In this document: positions 48,581-57,766 of the stretch, in pieces
How the letters are laid out: each line of letters opens with the position of its first letter
Numbering within the stretch: position 1 is the first letter of the stretch
Source of the DNA: a virus
Taxonomy: Duplodnaviria; Caudoviricetes
Length of the DNA: 64,000 nt
Direction: 5' to 3' (one strand)
IMG/VR virus record: IMGVR_UViG_3300020577_006271
Span: 98,684-162,683 of that record
Translations under genes and position numbers: made by a program
The notes under the pieces: model-generated
Databases searched by the model: none
What the model was told of the DNA's origin: nothing
The model's input: only the letters and a program-made list of their open reading frames with translations

Positions 48581-48750
48581 TTCACGAAACTTTAACCGCA
48601 GATACTCTACATGAAGTAGTTGCACTCAAAGATTTATATTTCAGAAATTATAATCCAGCTGGATACGGAACAACATCTACTGAACCTAAGATTATTAAAG
48701 ATAAATGGACAATTACAGTTTCCAGATTCAATTCGTGTGATTAATTACAT

Positions 48751-48824
48751 GGCCCGGTAGCCCAATAGGCAGAGGCAACGGTCTTAAACGCCGTATAGTG
48801 TAGGTTCGAGTCCTACTTGGGCTA
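48751..48824 (+). tRNA. tRNA-Leu(UAA) with short variable loop
   Basis: ACGGT-CTTAAAC-GCCGT; 5-nt variable loop; GTAGG-TTCGAGT-CCTAC. Confidence 0.75.
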
Positions 48825-48940
48825 CTCTATTTAAGCTAGTTTATGAACAGCCTAGATATTCGGTGCGATGCCGATTAATACGATTTTTATTTTTAATGAT
48901 GCAAACTTATCAGTAAGGTTAAACTGAATTCAATATTAAA

Positions 48941-49003
48941 TGTCGCAGTAAATTCATTGGGTTGATACCCCAAATGTTCCAGGTGCAAATCCTTGGTGGA
49001 CCA
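48941..49003 (+). pseudogene. tRNA-Ile(GAU) remnant
   Basis: GGG-TTGATAC-CCC anticodon arm and T-arm; 5' part lost. Confidence 0.4.
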
Positions 49004-49186
49004 AACGAGAGTCTGTAGAATTAAACATTTATAAAGATTAATCCAGAAACGTAGCATTAATATAATTTAATAGATAAACAATTAATTAAAAAGGCTGGTT
49101 ATGTCACTCATAAGAAGTAGGCGGAAGCTCTGAAATCAGAAGGTGTAACCGAAAATATTGTCACATTGAACCAGCCTTTGTTTAAT

Positions 49187-49258
49187 TGAAATGTAGTGTA
49201 ATGGTTAGCACATGAATTTTTGAAATTCATAGTTGTGGTTCGAATCCATGCATTTCAA
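49187..49258 (+). tRNA. tRNA-Gln(UUG)
   Basis: TGAAATG/CATTTCA; TGAAT-TTTTGAA-ATTCA. Confidence 0.8.
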
Positions 49259-49314
49259 CGGTATTGATACAGTGAAGACCTGTTGGTGGAATTAGAAAAA
49301 ATAAATAATTACAT

Positions 49315-49388
49315 GGTGTTTGTAGCTTAATTGGTAGAGCGCTAGGTTGTGAGTTTAGAAGGTGCCGGATCATTCCCGGTCAAACACC
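49315..49388 (+). tRNA. tRNA-His(GUG)
   Basis: G-1; GTGTTTG/CAAACAC; loop TTGTGAG; C73. Confidence 0.8.
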
Positions 49389-49566
49389 CCGAAAATAAAA
49401 ATTATGAAAAATATATTACAAACGGTGGCAAATCGAATAGTGTATATGTTACAAAATGCAAATTCAATTGAAGATGCTAACAAATTTTATCGAATGGGAT
49501 TAAATTTTGATAATTTTTGTATTAGCAGTTTTGGTCATTTTTTAGATTAATTCTACTAATTATTTT

Positions 49567-49918
49567 ATGATAAAACTTAGATCATTATTAACTGAACGGT
49601 ATGTCAATTTGTTTAAAACTGACATTGTGAAATATATTGATGAAATTTGGGAGATTCTACAAAAATCATATGCCCCTATCGGCGGATTTTATGAAAATGA
49701 TTCAGGAAGATATTAAGTTTAGCAGGTCCTGGGCAGAAGTATCCGGAGCAATGGAGCATATTTTAAGAAAAAATGGCGCTGAGCCGATTCCTAATTATAT
49801 GGCCAAAGAGCTTACTGGTAAAGATATTCTGAAATTTAATCCAGACGGATATCATTATACTCGGATGATAGCGGGTGAACCACATGAAAAAATAATATTC
49901 GGTACCGTCAATAAATAA
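49567..49918 (+). pseudogene. MIKLRSLLTE-leader protein broken by an internal deletion/frameshift
   Basis: N-part MIKLRSLLTERYVNL...QKSYAPIGGF continues in another frame as IQEDIKFSRSWAEVSG. Confidence 0.55.
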
Positions 49919-49977
49919 CATTTTATTGACACAATTATTGAATTAATTTATGTACATTTGTGAGTAAATAATTAAAT

Positions 49978-50238
49978 ATGTTAATTTATATAGCTGGGTT
50001 AAATTCAACCAAAAAGGATTGGATTGACTTAAAATTGAAAGAGTTTTCAAATGATACCTATTATTATTTCTTATTAAATGATGACATTCCGGATATAACT
50101 GAAGATGCAGTGATAATAGCCCATTCAATGGGATGCTTAAGCGCCATGCGTCTATGGGATATATATCCAGATAAGATTAAGACAATTCAATTAATCAATC
50201 CAACTAACCAAATTTTTGATTTTAATAAATTTCAATAA
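49978..50238 (+). CDS. Truncated alpha/beta hydrolase-like protein
   Basis: IIAHSMG nucleophile elbow; only 86 aa. Confidence 0.5.
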   Translation: MLIYIAGLNSTKKDWIDLKLKEFSNDTYYYFLLNDDIPDITEDAVIIAHSMGCLSAMRLWDIYPDKIKTIQLINPTNQIFDFNKFQ

Positions 50239-50246
50239 ATAAACTT

Positions 50247-50510
50247 ATGGCAAAACCGATATTTATTATAGGACTTCCTAGGGAAGAAGCCACTAAACAA
50301 CTTGATGAGTATTATGATTCTGTTCGCAAAAGTTTAGAACAGAAACTTGCACAATATTATGTCTTGGTATATTATTCAAATTCAGATGACATGGAATTCA
50401 AATGCTTTAACGATGCTGATTTCACTGATATTAAATTTGAAGAATTGAAAGCCATGATTAAAAATGAGATAATTAACCAAAACCCCGTTGACAATATTCC
50501 AGTGATATGA
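50247..50510 (+). CDS. Hypothetical protein
   Basis: 87 aa ORF. Confidence 0.55.
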   Translation: MAKPIFIIGLPREEATKQLDEYYDSVRKSLEQKLAQYYVLVYYSNSDDMEFKCFNDADFTDIKFEELKAMIKNEIINQNPVDNIPVI

Positions 50511-50700
50511 TTTTAATAGAAACCAACATTGAAATCGGCAGGTTTATACAAACATCTGCTAATGGCAATTCTGTTCGTATGATAAATGCTATAGATCTAA
50601 CTAATTTAAATTTAGGTGAGTTTGAATTAATACATTCAATGACAGATAGTCCTGAGTTTCGACTTGCCCAAACAATGATATTGAATAAATTAATGAAAAA

Positions 50701-50762
50701 TGTTAATAAAATGTTAATTCCACCACAGATCATAAATAATTGAAAAATATGTTATATATTTG
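50701..50762 (+). promoter_or_regulatory. TGTTAA-box / TAnnTTTG promoter
   Basis: TGTTAA 50701 and 50712; TATATTTG 50755. Confidence 0.7.
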
Positions 50763-51032
50763 TTGAGTAATTAAAACAATAAATATTATGACAACTTTTA
50801 AAGTCGGCACTGAAATTGAAATCAGAGAGAATCACAAACCTTTATACCAGATATTTGGTAACAAAGGTAAGATTAAAGCAATAAATACCACGTGTCAACA
50901 GTATAATCAGACTGAACGGACTGAATATTATGATGTCGAAGTTATTTCATTGCTTTCAAGAAAGATGGAAGTGATGCCAGTCAAAAAAATACATGTTATA
51001 CCACTTAAAGGGGTGGCGATACACCAAATATA

Positions 51033-51491
51033 ATGGTTGGAATATTAATTATTGATCCACCGGATGTAACACGGAAACATAATAAGCAATCCAGCTGGAA
51101 ACGAACAGCCATATTGCAATTTCCTGGAGACGAAACTGATAAAATGTGGCGTTGGTATATAAAGAAACGATATGGGTTAGAATTAAACCAACCATTAAGG
51201 CAATGCCACATAACAATTGTCAATGATAGATATCAGGACACTGCAAAATGGAATGAATTTAAAAGTAAATTTAACCATACTAACATTAATATTGATGTTA
51301 GTCGGGAACTTCGCAGTAATGGAGAACATTGGTGGTTAAGAGTTGATGAAAATGAAGAAATTAAAGCCATTAGGACATTTTTAAATTTAGGCGAGCCCTT
51401 TTTTAAATACCATTTGACTATTGGTCTAGCAAACTCCAGAAATATTAAACATTCAGAATATATTTTAAGACAAATTTTAAATTATTATTAA
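51033..51491 (+). CDS. 2H phosphoesterase-family protein
   Basis: Two HxT motifs (CHITIV, YHLTIG). Confidence 0.7.
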   Translation: MVGILIIDPPDVTRKHNKQSSWKRTAILQFPGDETDKMWRWYIKKRYGLELNQPLRQCHITIVNDRYQDTAKWNEFKSKFNHTNINIDVSRELRSNGEHWWLRVDENEEIKAIRTFLNLGEPFFKYHLTIGLANSRNIKHSEYILRQILNYY

Positions 51492-51492
51492 T

Positions 51493-51807
51493 ATGCAAAC
51501 GTTTATAATCGTCGTAGTTGCAGTTTTTGCTTTAGGAGCATTAATTAATGAATTATTATCAGCTTTCAACATCAGTAAACCATATCCAGAGATTTTTGGA
51601 ACTTTGTTTTTTACTATATCGACTGTCTTAGGAATTTTAGTAATTTCTAAATTAATGTTCGTATTGTTGGCACTGGCATTTGTACACCAGGAAAATAAGT
51701 TACACTGGGATAAATATGCATCATATCGCACATTTGATTATACGGTTTGTATATTAGGGTTTGGTTATCAATTATATTCGATTTATCAATATATCTATTC
51801 TTTATAA
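51493..51807 (+). CDS. Membrane protein
   Basis: Three hydrophobic helices. Confidence 0.55.
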   Translation: MQTFIIVVVAVFALGALINELLSAFNISKPYPEIFGTLFFTISTVLGILVISKLMFVLLALAFVHQENKLHWDKYASYRTFDYTVCILGFGYQLYSIYQYIYSL

Positions 51808-51829
51808 ACGGCAACTTTACTAATATGGT

Positions 51830-51905
51830 CGGGTACTCAATATTGAATCTCGAGTTAGGTCTGCAAAACCTAATTAATGTGAGTTTGAATTTCACCCCGG
51901 CTTCA
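51830..51905 (+). pseudogene. tRNA-Cys(GCA) remnant
   Basis: TAGGT-CTGCAAA-ACCTA and T-arm; acceptor halves do not pair. Confidence 0.45.
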
Positions 51906-51915
51906 AAAGTCAATC

Positions 51916-51990
51916 GCATCTGTGGCGCAACGGTTTAGCGCAATTCACTCATAATGAAGAGGTTCTGGGTTCGAATTCCAAATTTCCTAC
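51916..51990 (+). pseudogene. Chimeric tRNA-Met/Ile2(CAU)
   Basis: D-arm and TTCA-CTCATAA-TGAA present; 3' acceptor strand does not match the 5' strand. Confidence 0.45.
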
Positions 51991-51991
51991 T

Positions 51992-52372
51992 ATGATTAAA
52001 TTCAAAAATATATTAACTGAATCAAAAACTATTCAGCAAATTATAAAAGAAATACCTAATTATATTGATAATTTAGAATGTGACGGAGCTACAAGAGACA
52101 TACATTATATTTTAGATAAAAATAATATAAACCATTCTGTATTTACTGGAAAAGTTGAACATAAAGGTGAAACTGTAATACCATTGCATTATTGGATACA
52201 ATTACCTTCAATGCAAATAATAGATTTTAAAGCAAGAATGTGGGTAGGAAATAAAGCCCCGAACGGATTATTTAATGACGGAACAACTAATTATAATTAC
52301 ATTGGCAAGAAAATAAATATGCCGATGAATGATATGTTATTTATGATATTGACAGGAAATATGTATGATTAA
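51992..52372 (+). CDS. Transglutaminase/papain-like protein with MIKFKNILTE leader
   Basis: C...HYW...D triad-like spacing. Confidence 0.5.
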   Translation: MIKFKNILTESKTIQQIIKEIPNYIDNLECDGATRDIHYILDKNNINHSVFTGKVEHKGETVIPLHYWIQLPSMQIIDFKARMWVGNKAPNGLFNDGTTNYNYIGKKINMPMNDMLFMILTGNMYD

Positions 52373-53570
52373 GTTTAAAGATATATTATCAGAATCGAAA
52401 TTAGGAGACTGTTTTGATGCTGCATATAATTATGTAACTCGAAAAGATAACGAGGCAACATTGGTTCACGGGTTCGTTTCCGGACAACGGAGTTTGAGTG
52501 GGGTCAGATATACACACGCTTGGAATGAAAAAGGCAATGATGTAATTGACAATTCAAATGGAAGAAGTATCAAGGTTCCTAAAGAATTATATTATGCTAT
52601 AGGTAATATTAAAGAATCTGAATGCAAATATTATAACATTGATCAGGTCAATAAAATGTCGCTTAAATTTAGACATAAGGGTCCATGGGAAATTAAAAAT
52701 ACAAACTTCAAAGAATCTAAAATTAGAGAAGCAATAGTAGATCCGGTTTCAGACACATTGTCGGATATTTTCCAATCTTCTGGTAAATTAAAACCCATTG
52801 TCAAAAATACAATAGAGAAGAATATAAAAGCAATTTCAGACAAATTTCCTGAAGTTGAAGTCAATGATTATATTTTAGTTGGTGCGGCAGCAACGTATCA
52901 ATATGATGATAGATCTGACATTGACGTTTCGGTGTTCATTAAACCTGATATTGACAAGACTATTTTCAAACAGGCAGATAAATGGATCGAAGCTAATATT
53001 GATAATAAATTCTACTTCGGTAAACGGCCGTATCAATTCAAATTGACAGTAGGTAATAGAAATCAATTGTCCAATGTAGAATCTGCTTTCGATGTAAAAC
53101 TTAATAAATGGATTAAAGAACCTGATAAAGCTAAAACAGCTGAACTCTATAAAAATAATTTAGATTCTCCAGACTCAAAAGCTTTGAATTTGTACAAACA
53201 AATTGAAAATTTAATTCAACCGTCGGTTATTAGATTGGGTAAGGTTTTACATTCTGTGGTAGAATCTTCTGCAGACGATCTGGTAAAACAGCATATCATT
53301 TCTGCATATAATCGATACGATAAAGTAATCAAGCCACTTAGAGCAAAAGCATTCAGTTCAGATACTGCCGGATTACCAAGTCAAAATTGGAATACCGGAA
53401 ATATTATTTATAAGATGTTGGACAGAGAGGGGTATAATTCAATTTACATGATGATGAAAACCATGGTTAAAAATGATGACTATTCAACTTCAAATTTGCA
53501 ACAGTTAAAAACCAGAATAGACGATATACTTCCACAAGAAATTGGGTTCGTTAGAAAATCAAACTATTAA
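52365..53570 (+). CDS. Transglutaminase-like domain fused to a nucleotidyltransferase, MIKFKDILSE leader
   Basis: GDC...VHG...HAW...ID, then VGAAATYQY...SDIDV (Pol-beta NTase). Confidence 0.65.
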   Translation: MIKFKDILSESKLGDCFDAAYNYVTRKDNEATLVHGFVSGQRSLSGVRYTHAWNEKGNDVIDNSNGRSIKVPKELYYAIGNIKESECKYYNIDQVNKMSLKFRHKGPWEIKNTNFKESKIREAIVDPVSDTLSDIFQSSGKLKPIVKNTIEKNIKAISDKFPEVEVNDYILVGAAATYQYDDRSDIDVSVFIKPDIDKTIFKQADKWIEANIDNKFYFGKRPYQFKLTVGNRNQLSNVESAFDVKLNKWIKEPDKAKTAELYKNNLDSPDSKALNLYKQIENLIQPSVIRLGKVLHSVVESSADDLVKQHIISAYNRYDKVIKPLRAKAFSSDTAGLPSQNWNTGNIIYKMLDREGYNSIYMMMKTMVKNDDYSTSNLQQLKTRIDDILPQEIGFVRKSNY

Positions 53571-53632
53571 TGTTAATAATTTGTTAATGACCGTCAAATA
53601 ATCCGAAATTAATTAATTTCTTTGTATATTTG
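53571..53632 (+). promoter_or_regulatory. TGTTAA-box / TAnnTTTG promoter
   Basis: TGTTAA 53571 and 53582; TATATTTG 53625. Confidence 0.7.
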
Positions 53633-53650
53633 TTTGTTAAATAAAAAGGA

Positions 53651-54172
53651 ATGAAGAAATATGTAGTTTTAGATGTTGAAGGGGATGGTCCAGTTCCAGG
53701 TTTGTTTTCAATGGTTTGTTTCGGAGCAGTAATTTACTCTGATAAACTTGACAAAACATTTTATGGAAAGACAAAACCAATTGTTGACAACTTTAAAGAA
53801 AGTTCATTAGCAATTTCAGGTTTTACAAGAGAGGAACATGAAGGGTTTGATGATCCGGAAACTGTAATTAGAAACTTTGCAAATTGGTTAATTGAAAACG
53901 GAATCACTGAACCGGTTTTAATAAGTGACAATCCAGGTTTCGACGCAGCATGGATGAATTACTACTTTCACAGATACTTAGGTTATAATCCATTCGGAAG
54001 TACTTCGAGGAGAATAGGAGATTTGTTTTGTGGAATGGAAAAGGATATGAGATTTGATTGGAAGCAGTACAGAAAAACAATACACGATCACAATCCGGTA
54101 AATGATGCAATTGGTAACGCAGAAGCATTATTAGTACTTGAAAAGAAGTACGGAATGATTAACTTAAAATAA
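53651..54172 (+). CDS. DEDDh 3'-5' exo(ribo)nuclease
   Basis: DVEGDGP, SDN.GFD and HNPVNDA.GNAEA. Confidence 0.8.
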   Translation: MKKYVVLDVEGDGPVPGLFSMVCFGAVIYSDKLDKTFYGKTKPIVDNFKESSLAISGFTREEHEGFDDPETVIRNFANWLIENGITEPVLISDNPGFDAAWMNYYFHRYLGYNPFGSTSRRIGDLFCGMEKDMRFDWKQYRKTIHDHNPVNDAIGNAEALLVLEKKYGMINLK

Positions 54173-54182
54173 TTTTATATTT

Positions 54183-54254
54183 GGCCTTATCGTTTAATTG
54201 GAAAGACGCAATTCTTCTAAAATTGAGTTAGCTGTACAAATCAGCTTGGGGCCA
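54183..54254 (+). tRNA. tRNA-Arg(UCU)
   Basis: GGCCTTA/TGGGGCC; CAATT-CTTCTAA-AATTG. Confidence 0.75.
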
Positions 54255-54452
54255 CTAAATAATTTAACTTATGAAAATTAGAAATACCGATGGTGAACTA
54301 CACATTATGCCATCTTCATCTATTAACTGCAACAATGAAAAATTAGTTATGTATGGTGAATCATTATTAGATTTTCAGATTATTGCCGAAATAATAAAAT
54401 TGATTAATAATCCGAAAAATACAACTCAATTCATCTTACAAAAATTAGAATC

Positions 54453-54908
54453 ATGCAATTCAGGATCTTAGATTCACAATTTAAGATAGATGATGGTATT
54501 TCATATATCAAAAATTATATTGCTGCTAATCCAAACCTTATAGTGAGTATTGGATGTGATTCACAGAATTTTAGAAAATACTGTGCTTATGTCACTGCGA
54601 TAGCTCTTCGTACTCCAAAAGCAGGTGCACATGTAATTTATCAGTCGCAGTTTGTACCAAAAATCAAAGATAAATATTCTAGACTTTGGAGAGAAACAGA
54701 AGAATCAGTATCATTAGCTAAAATTTTAATTGACCATGGAATAAACATTGGTTTAATTGAATTAGATTTTAATAAATCGAAAACAGCCGGATCGAATATG
54801 ATGATTGCACCATCCGTTGGATATGTAGTAGGATTAGGATTTACCCCGTTGACCAAACCAGACGAATTGATAGCTGTTAGAGCTGCAGACTGCATATTGA
54901 AAAGATAA
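54453..54908 (+). CDS. RNase H-like YkuK/DUF458 protein
   Basis: IGCDSQ, RLWRE...S, ELDFN and KP...A..AAD. Confidence 0.8.
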   Translation: MQFRILDSQFKIDDGISYIKNYIAANPNLIVSIGCDSQNFRKYCAYVTAIALRTPKAGAHVIYQSQFVPKIKDKYSRLWRETEESVSLAKILIDHGINIGLIELDFNKSKTAGSNMMIAPSVGYVVGLGFTPLTKPDELIAVRAADCILKR

Positions 54909-55054
54909 AATTCATAAACGCGACCAAGCGGGCAGTAGGGGTCGATGAATTAAATAAATTGTGTAATAAGCAAAAAATGGTCAACTCGAGATAAGACCAA
55001 AGTATTGTACGAAAGGAATATCCGCAAGGAGAATAACGAAGCCCATTTAAAATT

Positions 55055-55116
55055 TGTTAATGATTTGTTAATTATTGTTATAAATCAAAATAATCAAAAA
55101 ATATGTTGTACATTTG
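55055..55116 (+). promoter_or_regulatory. TGTTAA-box / TAnnTTTG promoter
   Basis: TGTTAA 55055 and 55066; TACATTTG 55109. Confidence 0.7.
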
Positions 55117-55142
55117 TAGGGTAGTAATTAAAAATAATTAAA

Positions 55143-56243
55143 ATGAATTTAACATTAAACACACAAGACATTAGATCCATAACTGTTATGGCATCTGATA
55201 TTAAAATTAAGTCTAACGAAGTTATTATCGTTAAAGGTACTCGAATGCCAATGGCCACCGAAGCCTTTGAAGATATATTAGATTTAGCAGGAATTGGAAA
55301 GAAGACCATTACTCATTTAAATGATACAATGGATAACACTTCAGGATATACATTGGTGCAAATGGTCATGAACCACTTAGCAACCAAAAGACAATTGAAA
55401 TTAAAAATAATTGTAGACTTGGCATCACAAAAAGTAATTCGAGTAGCTGATGAGTCAACATTAGTTAATGCAATTTCACTTGATTCTTTTGAAAAATTAA
55501 TGGAATTAATTCAACGCGATTCTTCAAAAATTGTATTCTTAGACCCAGTAATGATGGAAAGTGGAACAAAGGTTTCAGTTCAAGTTAAATGGGATCAATC
55601 TATTCCACTTACATTTAAAGGCGAAGATATTGCTTTAGGTAAGCAATTTACTTACGACATGTTTGGTGCTATGACGGTTGAAGATTTAGTTGAAAGGCAA
55701 ATTTGTACAAACGGCATGACCGGTATTGTTCCAGCATACGCAAAAGAATTGACATCTGGAAATGATCCAGGAGAATGGTATAAGCAAATAATTCAGGGAT
55801 TAAGAACTCCAAACCAGGATTTTATAAAAACCTACGAAAAATATTTGTTGGCAGCAAAACAGTCAAATTTATCTGTTTCTGAATACAATACAATTAAGTA
55901 TCAGATGATGCATTGGAATAAAGATCCAGAAATCATTCGAAGATATTTGGGGACTGAAGATTGGAAACTTGATTACGAAAAACGAGGAATTACGTTATCC
56001 GAGTTAACTAAAGACCAATTAAAGAATTGCCCGACTCCTGTGAACAAATGGGATGCAATTAATCTTATGACCGATTTGAGTTCACATATTTATAATTCCC
56101 ATGTAGACGGAAAAACAATGAGAGATACTCAGCAACTGGCTGGTAAGTTTTTAAGACGACCAGCAGACGAAGATAGGTTTGTATATAACGTCCCAGTATA
56201 TCGCAACAGAGTTGTATTCGATGAATTACAAACCATAGATTAA
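55143..56243 (+). CDS. DUF932-like protein
   Basis: RQICTNGM and WDAIN..T..SSH. Confidence 0.55.
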   Translation: MNLTLNTQDIRSITVMASDIKIKSNEVIIVKGTRMPMATEAFEDILDLAGIGKKTITHLNDTMDNTSGYTLVQMVMNHLATKRQLKLKIIVDLASQKVIRVADESTLVNAISLDSFEKLMELIQRDSSKIVFLDPVMMESGTKVSVQVKWDQSIPLTFKGEDIALGKQFTYDMFGAMTVEDLVERQICTNGMTGIVPAYAKELTSGNDPGEWYKQIIQGLRTPNQDFIKTYEKYLLAAKQSNLSVSEYNTIKYQMMHWNKDPEIIRRYLGTEDWKLDYEKRGITLSELTKDQLKNCPTPVNKWDAINLMTDLSSHIYNSHVDGKTMRDTQQLAGKFLRRPADEDRFVYNVPVYRNRVVFDELQTID

Positions 56244-56273
56244 TTTTATTTTTAATTACACATATTTTATTTT

Positions 56274-56302
56274 AAAGGCCCGTAGCAATACTGGCCTTTT
56301 TT
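56274..56302 (+). terminator. Intrinsic terminator
   Basis: AAAGGCC...GGCCTTT plus T-run. Confidence 0.75.
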
Positions 56303-56363
56303 GTTAATGATTTGTTAATGGCGTCAAAAAAAGTGAATGGTATTTAAAATACCGTTATCTTTG
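56302..56363 (+). promoter_or_regulatory. TGTTAA-box / TAnnTTTG promoter
   Basis: TGTTAA 56302 and 56313; TATCTTTG 56356. Confidence 0.7.
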
Positions 56364-56392
56364 TTAGGTAATTAAAAATAAAATAAACGAAT

Positions 56393-57565
56393 ATGATTTA
56401 CTTAATGACAGTTGCAAATGTTGACAGCCTTGAAGGAGCTGTGGTAACAAGATTAGATGGTACAGAAGTTCCATTTATAATCACCGATACCAAACATTGG
56501 GCGTATTTTATTGAAGTAGAAGGATCCGAATTTAAGGTTAGGCCTTATGCTATTGTTTCAGCCTATCAGGGCGGCACTAAACTAAGGCTTGATACCACTT
56601 CTACAAAAATACGCCAAATGACTAATGAAAAAATCGCCGAGATGACTTCCATTAAAACACGTGATGTTGACAATAATGAAGAAGAATTGACTGAAATTGA
56701 TCTAGATATCATACCAACGTATCTTAAAGATATTACTTGGGATCCTAAAATGTTCGAGCCAAATCTTACCGGTACATTCTTAGATAAGTTTGTTTCAACA
56801 AAAGGTGGATGGCTGCCAGCTACTAATATTATGGTCACCGGAGATCCGGGTATTGGAAAGTCTAGTAATATGATAGAGACACTTGTTAGAGTTAAAGCAA
56901 CCAATCCTAATAAAACTGTTGCATATATTTCGGCTGAAATGGAAGCTGAAGATTTCGAAGAATTTAAACAATTTTATCCTGGGTTGGATGAGATTCCAAT
57001 ATTGTTTTTAGGTGAATATTTACACGAAGATAAATATCCGATTTGGCAGGTAGTTTCCAGTTTTTTAAATACTGGTTATGATTTAGTGGTTTTGGATTCA
57101 ATGATTGAAATTCAAATGATGATACAAGAAGAGTTGAGCTTACCGCAAAAGAAGGGTGAAGCCCACATGTTAAAATTGATGAGAAGACATAATAAAGGTT
57201 TTAATAAAAGCAATTCATATACATGTTTCCTTTGTATTCAGCAAAAAAATAAATCAGGTCAGTATGTTGGATCTAAAAGGTTAGAGCACATGACAACTGC
57301 CTTTCTGCAATTTTTATGGGATCCAAAAGAAAAAGGTAAACGATATATGATTTTTGAAAAGAATCGTAAAGGTTCAGTTAAAAATCGTTTATATTATTCC
57401 TTTGCCCCAACTGGGATTGAATATGATGAAAAACGGTATGCCCAAGAGAAAGAATTGTTTGAATTGACTGGTATAACTGGCAAGGACGCAGATGAAATTG
57501 CAGAATTAGGCCTGGCAGAATTTGAAGCCATGTTTAAGGCTCCAAAGAAAGACATAACTGATTAA
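56393..57565 (+). CDS. RadA/Sms-like RecA-family ATPase
   Basis: GDPGIGKS, YISAE, VVLDS, G...LEH and KNR.G. Confidence 0.8.
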   Translation: MIYLMTVANVDSLEGAVVTRLDGTEVPFIITDTKHWAYFIEVEGSEFKVRPYAIVSAYQGGTKLRLDTTSTKIRQMTNEKIAEMTSIKTRDVDNNEEELTEIDLDIIPTYLKDITWDPKMFEPNLTGTFLDKFVSTKGGWLPATNIMVTGDPGIGKSSNMIETLVRVKATNPNKTVAYISAEMEAEDFEEFKQFYPGLDEIPILFLGEYLHEDKYPIWQVVSSFLNTGYDLVVLDSMIEIQMMIQEELSLPQKKGEAHMLKLMRRHNKGFNKSNSYTCFLCIQQKNKSGQYVGSKRLEHMTTAFLQFLWDPKEKGKRYMIFEKNRKGSVKNRLYYSFAPTGIEYDEKRYAQEKELFELTGITGKDADEIAELGLAEFEAMFKAPKKDITD

Positions 57566-57577
57566 TCGGAATTATTA

Positions 57578-57624
57578 GAATTAAAGTAGTATATCTCGAT
57601 GCTGTGCTACTTTAATTCGTTTTT
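57578..57624 (+). terminator. Intrinsic terminator
   Basis: GAATTAAAGTAG / CTACTTTAATTC plus T-run. Confidence 0.65.
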
Positions 57625-57766
57625 AATACAAATACACTAATAAATTATTTAACACCATTAAAAACGAAATATGGACGCCGTAATTAATTTTTCAATAATG
57701 CTAGTTGTTACAATGATGACTTTAGTAACATTAGTTAACATTTTAATTAAAGAATAAAAATTATTT

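Noticed and set aside
43587-51938. ORFs 43587-43808, 46614-46850, 47128-47505 and 51747-51938
   Set aside because: They overlap tRNA genes or tRNA remnants and are better explained by them.
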